From NCBI RefSeq assembly GCF_009914755.1, contig NC_060948.1: DNA of 64,000 nt; one strand, written 5' to 3'. Shown one piece after another: positions 16,709-36,601 of this stretch (the stretch's first letter is position 1; each line of letters opens with the position of its first letter). This stretch comes from the human T2T-CHM13v2.0 reference genome, Homo sapiens. The position numbers were made by a program, and so were the translations under genes. The notes below the pieces were generated by a model. That model had not been told where the DNA came from. It did not search any database and saw only the letters and a list, made by a program, of their open reading frames with translations.

Positions 16709-17011
16709 ATTTTTTATTTTTAGTTTTTTGAGACAGAGTCTCACTCTGTTGCCCAGGCTGGAGTGCAGCGACGCAATCTTAGCTCACTGCAATCTCCACC
16801 TACCTTCCGGGTTCAGACCATTCTCCTGCCTCAGGCTCCCAAGTAGCTGGGACTGCAGGTGTGCACCACCATGCCCAGCTAGTTTTTGTATTTTTAGTAG
16901 AGACAGGATTCACTATGTTGGCCAGGCTGGTCTTGATCTCCTGACCTTGTGATACGATGTCTCAGCCTCCCAAAGTGCTGGGATTACAGGTGTGAGCCAT
17001 CGCGCCTGGCC
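16709..17011 (-). mobile_element. Alu (AluS-like)
   Basis: Antisense dimer, TSD cagcactta. Confidence 0.9.
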
Positions 17012-17293
17012 AGCACTTAATGTTTTACCACATGCATTCTGCATGACCCAGCAGTCTCTTTTGAGTGTATCCTACCTAACTATTTATACAGGCCCATGGA
17101 GACATTTACAAGAGGCCTATTCCTGTGTGGTTTGTTGCAGCAGAGATTGTGAGGCAGTCTCTGTGTCCACTTCAGAGGTTTAGTTGGGTTCAATGTTGGG
17201 GGGGGGGGGCACCACAGAATATCATAATACAATTGGAAGCAATGGGTTTGATATATACATAGGAAAAGAAATTGATCTTTAAAACTTAGTTCT

Positions 17294-17621
<328 letters not shown>

Positions 17622-18271
17622 TTACAAATACAGTAAGAAATAAGATAAAACAGGTAATCCAGTACTATTTATGTAAATTAAAAATATATGTCCATACCGT
17701 GTTGTGAATGTACATAATGCCACTGAATTCTACAGTTTAAACAGGTTGAACAGGTAAATTTTTTAATGCATATATTACCACAATGAAAAAAATAATAACA
17801 AAACACAGATACGTGATAAGCCAGGATTTTAAACCTTCCCAGATGTCAAATAAATTGCTTTTTTGCTACAAAGGTGGGAAAGGGTGGGACAAATGGTAAA
17901 TTGACTGCAAAGAACTTTGTCATGTTTTTCTCTGAGCCCCAGACTGTTACAGATTGCTGGGCAGACACTTGAGTGGGCAGATCTAATCACAGAGAAACAA
18001 GGTATACCAGCAGGAACTTTACCAGCCAAGAAATTATTTTCTAATAAAACTACAAAGACAAAATAACTGGGTACTGCTGATGTATATTGTTATCTTGTAT
18101 CATAGCCTCCTCATAAATCTCTTTGTAGAACAGAGTTCAGCTTCTTTTTGAAGTCCTTGTTCAAAGCAATTGAGTAGCATGGTTCCCTATGCTAGGGAGG
18201 ATTACAGGGAAAAGAGCAGTCAAAACTCTCTTTGCAAACTAATACTTTCTTATTCTCAGGAATACACATAC

Positions 18272-18946
<675 letters not shown>

Positions 18947-18954
18947 CTCTCTCT

Positions 18955-18998
<44 letters not shown>

Positions 18999-19062
18999 CT
19001 CTCTCCCACACTCTCTCTGTCTTGCTCTCTCTCTCTCACACACAGACACACACACATAGCAT

Positions 19063-19097
<35 letters not shown>
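18947..19097 (+). repeat. Compound (TC)n/(CA)n microsatellite
   Basis: Directly visible. Confidence 0.9.
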
Positions 19098-19100
<3 letters not shown>

Positions 19101-20099
19101 CTATAGAAACTTCAATTACAGAACAAGTTTCAATGGTTAATGCTAGTAATCCCAGCACTCTAAAAGGCTCACTTGAGCCCCAGGAGTTTGAGACCAGCTT
19201 GGGCAACACACCAAGACCCTATATCTATTTTTTTAAAAAAAAGAAAGAAAAAGAAGAAAGAAAATAAATTTTATAAATATGAAAAAGAATAATTATGCTG
19301 TTATAGGTCAAAATGCTAGTGATCCCTGGGATTAATAACTGGAAGAGTAGCCAGAGGGGGTCTTTTGGAGTTCTGGTTGTGTCACATTTCTGGCTCATGG
19401 GTGCTGGTTTCAAAGAGGTGTTTACTCTGAAAATTTGTAGAGCTATGTGTTTGTGATTTGTTCACTTTTTTGCATTGACAGTATTATGTCTATGAAATTT
19501 ACATTAAAATAAAAATGCATACCTACAAAATAATGGCTGTTTTGGAAGTACTTATGAAAATAAGTATATATAAATGATTGCTTACCTATATGGGACAAGG
19601 AAGTGGAAGTGGAAAATGGAGATAAGAGAAAACAAACCCACAAGGTGCCAGGTGTGCACAAGTCATGATAATATTTCATTAACAGGAGAGTGTTATTAAG
19701 AATCTCTGCACCTGATAACAAAAGAAAAAGAAATAGAGAGAGGAGGAAAGGAAGGAAGAATGAGAAAAGCTAAACTCTGCTTTTCTCTCTCAGAGAGACT
19801 CACTGTAGAACTTTATTTGTGTGTGTGTGTTTTTTTTTTTTGAGATTGAATTTACTAAGAGATTAGTGATTCCCCCACCTACACATCCCAGGAAGAAACC
19901 TAGTGATTGCTTAGAAGTGCACAAGACCATGAGGGAGTCTGGCCTGTCTAACATTGGCTACTCCGGTCAATAGCTTTGTCTGCCTCAAAAACTTCATGGT
20001 GGGGAAAGTTGCAATCTAATAAAAATCTAGGGAAACAGCATTTGACGAGTTAAAACTAAACTGATATGTACTTTAAAGAGCCTTCAATTTTTTTTTACC

Positions 20100-20278
20100 A
20101 GAGTAGTTTTCACACTTTAGTTACATGAGGATCACCTGAAAAGTCTGATAAAGAACCAAGTGCTGCCTGCTGTCCTCCCATATTTTCCATGATACTGTAT
20201 GTCTAGGATAGAAAATAAGAATTTGCATTTCTAAATTCTCAGTGATGCTATATAGTGCCACATTTTAAGAACCATCAC
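20100..20278. mobile_element. MER5A-like hAT MITE
   Basis: gtagttttcacacttt...gatcacctg...aagaatttgcatttctaa...ccacattttaagaacca. Confidence 0.6.
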
Positions 20279-20996
20279 TATATTGCCTTCAAAAATTAAA
20301 AGAGAAGAGATGAAGCAAAGTTGTTGGTCATTTCTGATTAGTAATTCTTGTTCTTTGGAACCTGCCCCAAGTTCCGGCAGGCTGATGCCCCTCAACTAAG
20401 TAACATAGGCTGAGAAACAGAACCAATCCCTTGGTTTTAGCAGGAATAGTGCAAAGGAAAATTAGAAAATTTTGAATTGTGAGGCTGGCAATAGCTCACA
20501 TATTACTCTGGATATCCATTTCACTCTTCATTCGGCTCAAGAGGTGATGGTTTGAGCTTTCAGGTAAGAAATTGGAACTGCAGCCCAGTTCATTTTCAGT
20601 GGTAGTCTCAGGGAAACATGAGAGTCAAAGAAAGCAGTTCCCTCAGTAATTATATTCTGATCCTATTCAAAGAAAGAATATAGCATAGAAGATCAGCAAA
20701 GAGTCTAGATCATCACTCCACAAACTTTTTCACACTGCAGCATACTCAGGAAATGGTAATATTTGTACATCTCACTGGAGTAAATTGCAAAGGATATGTC
20801 AGGGTCTATGAAGGACTGCCTAAAATAAAGTGAATGATACAGTTTTATTTTTGTTATGTAGTTATGCTAATAAAATGTTGGAAAAGATATTAAGTATCAA
20901 ACTGGTATAAAACTTGCAAAAGAAGCTATTATAAAATATACAATCATTAGCTTTTCAAAAGCTGCTCAACATAACTCAGCACTAGAGAAATGCAAA

Positions 20997-21609
<613 letters not shown>

Positions 21610-21610
<1 letters not shown>

Positions 21611-22354
21611 GCGCTAATAAAACCACAATAATATACCAGTTTACATCTCCATTAAGACAGGTATTATCAAAACAATGAAAAATAAGTGCTGGGAAGGATA
21701 TAGAGAAATAAGAAAGAGTCATGTACTATTGGTGAAAAATGTAAACTGGTGCAGGTGCTATGGAAAACAGCATGATAATGTCTCAGAAAAATTAAAAATA
21801 CAATTACCATATGATCCAGCAATTTCACTTCTGGATATATATACCTGAAAGAATTGAAAGCAGGCACTTGAAGAGATACTTCATAGCGCATTATGTCACA
21901 GTAGCCTAAATGTAGAAGCAATCCAAGTGGCCATGTCAGAAGAATGGATAAACAAAATATAGTATAGCATACATTAGAACATTATTCAGCCTTAACAAGG
22001 AAGGAAAATCTGACACATACTACATCACGCAACAGCCTTGGTAACATTAGGCTAAGTAAAACAAGCCAGTCACAAAAAGACAAATACTGCAGGTTTTCAC
22101 ATATGTGAAGTACATAGGGGAGTCAAAATCATAAGAGATAGAAAGTAGGAGACAGAATGCCAAGGACTAAGTGAGAGGTTAATATTGTACAGAGTTAGTG
22201 TTTAATGTGTACAGAGTTTCAGTTTGGGTGATGAAAAATTTCTGGAAATAGATAGTGGTGATCATTGCATAACAATGTGAATGTCTTTAATGCCACTGAA
22301 TTATACACTTTAAATGATTCAAATGGTCAATTTTATGCAGTTTTACCACCACTT
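21610..22354 (+). mobile_element. L1MB-type 3' end
   Basis: aagtgctgggaaggatatagagaaa...ccatatgatccagcaatttcacttctgg...gagtttcagtttgggtgatgaaaa. Confidence 0.8.
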
Positions 22355-22366
22355 AACAAACATATA

Positions 22367-23856
22367 CCTCTCCCTCCCCCTCCCCCTGCCCCTCTCCCTC
22401 TCCCTCTCCCCACAGTCTCCCTCTCCCTCTCTTTCCACAGTCTCCCTCTGATGCCGAGCCAAAGCTGGACTGTACTGCTGCCATCTCGGCTCACTGCACC
22501 CTCCCTGCCTGATTCTCCTGCCTCAGCCTGCTGAGTGCCTGCGATTGCAGGCGCGCGCCGCCACGCCTGACTGGTTTTCGTATTTTTTTGGTGGAAACGG
22601 GGTTTTGCTGTGTTGGCCAGCCTGGTCTCCAGCTCCTAACCGCGAGTGATCCGCCAGCCTCGGCCTCCCGAGGTGCCGGGATGGCAGACGGAGTCTGGTT
22701 CACTCAGTGCTCAATGGTGCCCAGGCTGGAGTGCAGTGGCGTGATCTCGGCTCGCTACAACCTCCACCTCCCAGCAGCCTGCCTTGGCCTCCCAAAGTGC
22801 CGAGATTGCAGCCTCTGCCCGGCCCCCACCCCGTCTAGGAAGTGAGGAGCCTCTCCGCCTGGCCGCCCATCATCTGGGATGTGAGGAGCCCCTCTGCCTG
22901 GCTGCCCAGTCTGGAAAGTGAGGAGCGTCTCTGCCAGGCCGCCCATCGTCTGAGATGTGAGGAGCGCCTCTGCCCTGCCATCCCGTCTGGGATGTGATGA
23001 GCGTCTCTGCCCGGCCGCCCCGTCTGAGAAGTGAGGAGACCCTCTGCCTGGCAACCGCCCCGTCTGAGAAGTGAGGAGCCCCTCCGCCCGGCAGCCACAC
23101 CGTCTGAGAAGTGAGGAGCGTCTCCGCCCGGCAGCCACCCACTCCGGGAGGGAGGTGGTGGGGTCAGCCCCCCGCCCGGCAGCCGCCCCGTCCCGGAGGG
23201 AGGTGGGGGGGTCAGCCCCCGCCCGGCCAGCCGCCCTGTCCTGGAGGTGAGGGGAGCCTCTGCCCGGCCGCCCCTCCTGGGAAGTGAGGAGCCCCTCTGC
23301 CCGGCCACCACCCCGTCTGGGAGGTGTACTCAACAGCTCATTGAGAACGGGCCATGATGACAATGGCGGTTTTGTGGAATCGAAAGCGGGGAAAGGTGGG
23401 GAAAGATTGAGAAATCGGATGGTTGCCGTGTCTGTGTAGAAAGAGGTAGACATGGGAGACTTTTCATTTTGTTCTGTGCTAAGAAAAATTCTTCTGCCTT
23501 GGGATCCTGTTGATCTGTGACCTTACCCCCAACCCTGTGCTCTCTGAAACATGTGCTGTGTCCACTCAGGGTTGAATGGATTAAGGATCGTGCAAGATGT
23601 GCTTTGTTAAACAGATGCTTGAAGGCAGCATGCTCGTTAAGAGTCATCACCGCTCCCTAATCTCAAGTACCCAGGGACACAATCACTGCGGAAGGCCGCA
23701 GGGTCATCTGCCTAGGAAAACCAGAGACCTTTGTTCACTTGTTTATCTGCTGACCTTCCCTCCACTATTGTCCTGTGACCCTGCCAAATCCCCCTTTGCG
23801 AGAAACACTCAAGAATGATCAATAAAAAAATAAAAATAAAAAATAAAAAACAAACA
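22367..23856 (+). mobile_element. Full-length SVA retrotransposon
   Basis: (CCCTCT)n head, antisense Alu-like domain, GC-rich VNTR (~22815-23325), SINE-R, AATAAA and poly-A; TSD aacaaacatata at 22355-22366 and 23857-23868. Confidence 0.95.
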
Positions 23857-24671
23857 AACAAACATATAATGATCAGTATTTTATGACACAACTATAATAT
23901 ATTCCCAGCACATAGTGATGACATTCTCTTTGGGAAGCTCAGGTCTAGATATCACACATCCAGACAGCAAAAATTTGGGAATGTCCAGCTTGTCAAGAAC
24001 ACGAGACAAATTTGGCTAAAAGAACTCTGCCTGTGGTTCACCATTGAGGGAGAAAATCAAAGCTCTGCAGATATTGTGTCCTGGCTGATACGAAGTATTC
24101 TTTCAGGCTGAAGTACTCCTGGGCCCTCATTCTACATTTGCTGTTTGACTTCAGGTTAATTATCACTTAGTAAATCAGAAAACTAAATCGTAAGTCTCAG
24201 GCTTACATAACAGCCTCCAAGTTTCTTTGAGAAAGCTTTCTTTAGGGTCCTAGTCCTATGTCTCCACTTCCTGCTGTGCAATGGATAGTCACCTGCAGGA
24301 ATTTAAGGGAGAACAGAATCTCTTGCAAAAAGTATCAGGAATTCCTTTGCCATTTATTTGCCACAAATTTTCTCATGATTTTTTCTTTCTGATTCGGAGT
24401 CTTGCTCTGTTGCCAGGCTGGAGTGCAATGGTGTCATCTCGGCTCACTGCAACCTCTGTCCCCAGCCCCGGGTTCAGGTGATCCTCCTATCCACTTTAGC
24501 TTTCTCAGACTCTGATACCAGTCTCCTGAAACTCCAAACTGCAAGAATCACATTTCAGGACTCTCCAAGTGATCTGCTGTATGTGTGTACTCATCTTAAG
24601 CCTACTTTTTTTTGTCTCAACTACTACTGAAACAATCTGATATGAATATAACCTGACAATATTCCTTAATA

Positions 24672-25383
<712 letters not shown>

Positions 25384-25389
25384 GAAAAG

Positions 25390-25858
25390 TAACTGTACTT
25401 TTCTGTATTACTGTACTTTACTGTAGCCAGCTGTAACACAATAGTATTTGTGTATCTAAACATAGAAAAGATACAGCATGCTGGGCACAGTGGCTTATGC
25501 CTGTAATCCCAGCAATTTGGGAGGCTGAGGCTGGCGGATCACAAGGTCAGGAGATCGAGACCATCCTGGCCAACATGGTGAAACCCCGTGCTATTAAAAA
25601 TACAAAATTTAGCTGGGTGTGGCGGCATGCACCTGTAATTCTAGCTGCTCAGGAGGCTGAAGCAGGAGAATCGCTTGAACCCAAGACGAGGAGATTGCAG
25701 TGAGCTGAGATTGAACCACTGTATTCCAGTCTGGGTGACAGAGTGAGATTCCATCTTAAAAAAAAAAAAAAAGGAAAAGATACAGTAAAAATATGGTATT
25801 ATAATATGATGTGGGATCCACTGTTGACCAAAATGTCATTATGCAGTGCATGACTATA
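25390..25858 (+). mobile_element. Tigger3-like DNA transposon end interrupted by an Alu (25479-25772)
   Basis: tatttgtgtatctaaacatagaaaag...ttgaccaaaatgtcattatgcagtgcatgact; Alu TSD gaaaagatacag. Confidence 0.65.
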
Positions 25859-25859
25859 T

Positions 25860-31590
<5,731 letters not shown>

Positions 31591-32119
31591 CTCTTTTGTC
31601 TTTACTACAATAAAATATTGGAAAAAACTAACAGCAAGAAATTGAATTATCATTATAACAGACACTTGAGGCTTGTAACTTGATAATGCTTTTTTGTCTC
31701 CCACCAAATGAGTAACCCATTTCCCATTTTGTCAGTTCTGTGTGACATGCTTGCTCATATTCTCATCCTTCTTCTACCTATTGCATTTTCACCTGAGATA
31801 TCAAGCTAAGTCCTAGCCTTAGCTTCTCTCTGCCCTAATTAACCCTGTATACAACACTGACAGATAATCTAAATGCAGCATTTCCTCCTGTCAGTCCTTT
31901 GCTCAGAATTCTTCACATACTTCTCACTGCTTACAATATTAAGTTCTTACACACTATACTACATTGTAAGCATGAGCCGAACATTCCAAGTTTTGTTTTC
32001 CACTAGTTTTTTAGACATTCTTCCAAGTAAAACATTGAAAGTGTCTTCATTAGGTCAAGGGTTCAATGTCTTGTCTACCACATTATATTTCCAGCCCCTA
32101 GGAATGTGTTGTGGATTCT

Positions 32120-32312
32120 CCATTTCCTTCTTTCTTTCCTTCCTTCCTCCCTCCCTCCTTCCCTTCCTTCCCTCCCTCCCTCTCTTTCTCCCTGTCTCCT
32201 TCCCTTTTTTCCCTCATTCCCTCCCTTTCTTTCTCCCTCCTTTCTTCCCTTCCTTCCTTCCTTCTTTCCTTTTTCTCTCCTTTCTTTCTTTCTGTCTCTC
32301 TTTCTCTCTTCC
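32120..32312 (+). repeat. CT-rich low-complexity tract (tail of antisense AluJ ~32312-32589)
   Basis: ttcc/tccc/tttc degenerate units. Confidence 0.85.
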
Positions 32313-32611
32313 TTTTGACACAGTCCTGCTGTGTTGCCAAGGCTGGAGTGCAGTAATGGAATCATAGTTCATTGTAGCCTCAAATTCCTGAGCTTAAGGG
32401 ATGCTGCAGTCTCAGCCTCCTGAGTAGCTGAGACTTCAGGTGTGTGTCAACAAGCCCTGCTAATTTTCTTTTGTTTTTCTTTTAAGAAATGGAACTTGCT
32501 ACGTTGATCTAAAACTTCTGGCCTTAAGCAATCCTTTCACCTCAGTCTTCTGAGTTGCTGGGCTTACAGGTCAGAGCCACAGGACCCAGGTGTGTTGTGG
32601 ATTTTTAATGA

Positions 32612-32962
<351 letters not shown>

Positions 32963-33659
32963 CCTGGCCATTGTTTTCAAAACTAACTGTTTCCAAAATG
33001 CCTTCACCATTCTTGTCAAATTTCTGCACATCTCAGTGTCTTCTCCTTCCTCTCCACTGCCACCATTTTAAAACTAATCTTTCTCATTCTCCTTGATAAC
33101 CTGAATCCTTCTGGTGTTTTTAGGTTTGACTAAAATCTTAACAACTGTAAAGACTTTTCTAGCTTCCCAGTGAATTGATATATCCTCCTCCTTTGAAAAG
33201 CTGTAATTTCTACTATACATTTCTTACATTTACAAAGGTAAATAAGATGCAGGTTTCACTATAAAACTGTTTGCAGTCTAGATGACATTTACCACATATA
33301 TCCTCATATTATTTTAAGTATTATTTTTGCTTATACATCTTGTTTTTTCAGTTTTATGATGGAAAAGCAATTTTTAAACTTATTGGTTTCTCCTCTACCA
33401 TAATGTTTATAAAAATCTTTTTGTTGCTTGCAACAGTAATCTGAATTAATTTTCTACCACAAAGATAAACAAATTTCTCATTATGTCATGAAATAGTTCT
33501 CATTATCTTTATTGTATAAAGGGGAAAGCTGAAGAAGGAATGGTGCAATAAATTGTTGCAGACTATTAGTGAATCATTGATGCTTTTCTTCATACAAATG
33601 TACTTTATTTTTAATTTTACTTAAAATGTAGATTGGTTTGGAAATAAAGATAGATATAA

Positions 33660-33970
33660 TTTTTTTTTCTTTTTTTAAATTATATTTTAAGTTCTGGGAT
33701 ACATGTGCAGAACACACAGGTTTGTTACACAGGTATACATGTGCTATGGTCTTTTGCTGCACCCATCAACCTGTCATCTACATTAGGTATTTCTCCTAAT
33801 GCTCTCCCTCCCCTGCCCCCACACTCTGACAGTCCCCAGTGTGGGATGTTCCCCTCTATGGGTCCATGTGTTCTCATTGTTCAAATCCCACTTATGAGTG
33901 AGAACATGCAGTGTTTGGTTTCATGTTTCTGTGTTAGTTTGCTGAGAATGATGATTTCCAGCTTCATACA
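33660..33970 (-). mobile_element. L1PA 3' end fragment
   Basis: ttaagttctgggatacatgtgcagaac...cccacttatgagtgagaacatgcagtgtttgg. Confidence 0.85.
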
Positions 33971-34410
33971 TGAAAGACAGACATAATTTTATGGTGCCAT
34001 GTTTACATATCACTCTTAGGTGCTGTGATAAAATTATGTCTTATTATTACTTACATTCAAATTTTATCAAAATTACTAAAAAGTTACATTTTTTAAACAC
34101 TTCTTGTTGTATTATAGATTAAGTTGTGTGAAAAAATTGATTTGAAATATTTTAAGAAAGGAGTACCAATTTGTGAATGGCAATATTTTCCCTTTTCTAA
34201 AGCAATTATTACAAGAAACAAAGCTCTGCTTACTTTTTCTATTTATAGCATAAAGTAACACATAAGTAAACATTATTTAAATTAAGGTTTATAGAAACAA
34301 ACTTTCATTTAGTCTGCAAGTATTACAATCTGTCCAACCTAATACAGAAGAGAATGCAAATGAATGGACTGTTAATTATATTGAACCAACAAGTTGGGTG
34401 AAAGTTATTA

Positions 34411-34658
34411 TTTTTTTTTTTTTTGAGACGGAGTCTCGCTCTGTCGCCCAGGCTGGAATAGGGTAGCGCGATCTCGGCTCACTGCAAACTCCGTCTCCCG
34501 GGTTCACGCCATTCTCCTGCCTCAGCCTCCGGAGTAGCTGGGACCACAGGCGCCTGCCACCGCGCCCGGCTAATTTTTTTGTATTTTTAGTAGAGATGGG
34601 GTTTCACCGTGGTCTCATCTCCTGATCTCGTGATCCGCCCGCCTCGGCCTCCCAAAGT
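34411..34658 (-). mobile_element. Young 5'-truncated AluY with 12-bp left-arm deletion (AluYc/Yd type)
   Basis: CpG-rich; gtttcaccgtggtctc lacks the gttagccaggat segment. Confidence 0.8.
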
Positions 34659-34769
34659 AAAAATAGTTTCCGCTCTCAGTCAATATGTAACTGGCAGAAA
34701 CAGTTGTGTACTATTACACATAATTTGAGACAGGTTAGCCTGTGCGCTATAAAGGACATATAAAATGGA

Positions 34770-36600
34770 TTTCAAGAATTTATTGTTTCACCTCCAGCAT
34801 GTAAAAAGCTTGGAAGTTGTCACTCCATCCTTTCAACAAGGAAAACGCCCCCAAAACCTGAAAATAAATGACTGTTCTCAATTTAGAAAACTAAGGTTGC
34901 AGGGCCAACTGTGATCCTAAAATCTGGAGCAATAGGCAAATGCAGGAAAATGTGACTGAGTTTAGTTTACTTCAAGCAGAAGCTACTGGAGCTATAAAAT
35001 TGTAGAAACAATTAAATAAAAATTTTAATGAATTTTTGGAGAGTATGTCTAGACTAGCTTAAGAGTGGGAAACCTCCTGGAACTGTTGTCTTACAGTGAA
35101 TGGGGTGGGGGAAAGTGGCTTTAATTTCATGGATTTTGGCCACAGAAATCCCATCAACTTTTAAAATTTAATAGCCCAGAAAAATGACCTCTTGATTTTG
35201 TCAAGAAAAATGGAAAAATACCCAGTACATTTTCCATCACAGAGATCTACTGTCTTGTGAAAAAACTAACAGAAACTTATTCTACTTAGGCAGAGGGCAA
35301 TTACCAAAATCCAGTAGCCTTTAGTTTTCCTGTTTGGGTTTTTGAGTCATGGAATTTCTCTGTCACCCAGGCTGGAGTGCAGTGATGTGATCATATAACT
35401 CACTGCAGCCTTGACCTCCTGGTTTCAAGTGACCTTCCTGCCTTAGCCTCCTGAGTAGCTGGGACTACAGGTGCATGACATCATGACTGGTTAGTGGTTT
35501 TATTTGTTTTGTTTTTGTTTTTTTGTTTTTACTTTTTTTTTTCCTGAGAGACAGGGTCTGCTAGGAAGGCTAGTCTCAAAACTCCTCAGCTTCCCAAAGT
35601 GACAGGGATTACAGGCCTGAGCCACCATGCTGAATCATCCTTTAGCTGTTCTGTTTTATCTAAAGATGGAGAAAGAAAGAAAAGGAAAAATCAGCACTTG
35701 TATCCTCTAATTAAGAAGGAGCTACTGGGGAAATGCAAATATAAAAGGGCATAGAAAAACAGGATGCCAGAGGAAGCTCCTGATACCTAGAGCTACAGTA
35801 AACATTAAACATAGCCCAATCCTTACCCAGTTTAACATAAAACCTTACACTTGGCCCAGGTTTGGGCCTCAGTACTTTTAGAGGCTGAGTGAGGCAGATT
35901 GCTTGAGGCCAAGAGTTTGAGACCAGCCTGGCCAACATGCCGAAATCCCATCTCTACTAAAAATACAAAAAATTAGCCAGGCATGGTGGCGTGCACCTGT
36001 AGTCCCAGCTACTTGGGAGGCTAAGGCAGGAGAATAGCTTGATCTTAACACTTTGATCATGGATCAGAGTGCTGCAATGAACCGAGATTGTGCTGTTGGA
36101 CTCCAGCCTGGGCGATGGCAAGACTCCGTCTCAAAAAAAAAAAAATTCTTGTCTTTAAGTACATTGACTATGGATCTACCAAGATACCTCTCCATTTTAA
36201 GGTCCTTAATCTAATCACACACGCAAAATTCTTTTAACACTGTAAGGTTAAACTCTCCCAGCTACCTGAGAGACTGAGGAGGGAAACTGCTTGAACCTGG
36301 GAGGTGGAGGTGGCAGTGAGCTAAGGTTGCATGACTGCACTCCAGCCTGGGCAACAGATCAAGACTCTGTCTCAAAAACAAAACCAAATAAAACCTTACA
36401 CTTAAATGTCTAATTAACTCAGAACTTATCATCACATATAACATGTTTGGCTTTCAACCAAAAATTACAAAGCATGACAAGAAGCAAGAAAATACAGTCT
36501 GAGGAGACCAAGTAAGCATTAAAACTAGACTTAGATAAAACTCAAGATTTTTGGAACTATGAGACCTGGAATTTAAAATAAGAGTAATTAATATGTTACG
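34770..36600 (+). mobile_element. Old L1M 5'-region remnant with nested Alus (35338-35632 antisense; 35853-36387 sense)
   Basis: catgtaaaaagcttggaagttgtcactcc...caaccaaaaattacaaagcatgacaagaagcaagaaa. Confidence 0.55.
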
Positions 36601-36601
36601 A

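Noticed and set aside
17198-17209. G12 homopolymer as a functional G-quadruplex
   Set aside because: Isolated run inside a decayed L1 fragment, far from genes; no supporting context
22755-23453. 232-aa minus-strand ORF and overlapping ORFs
   Set aside because: Stop-poor GC-rich SVA VNTR; repetitive translation, not a gene
31873-32367. 164-aa hydrophobic ORF
   Set aside because: Produced by the CT-rich low-complexity tract and an Alu; no domain evidence
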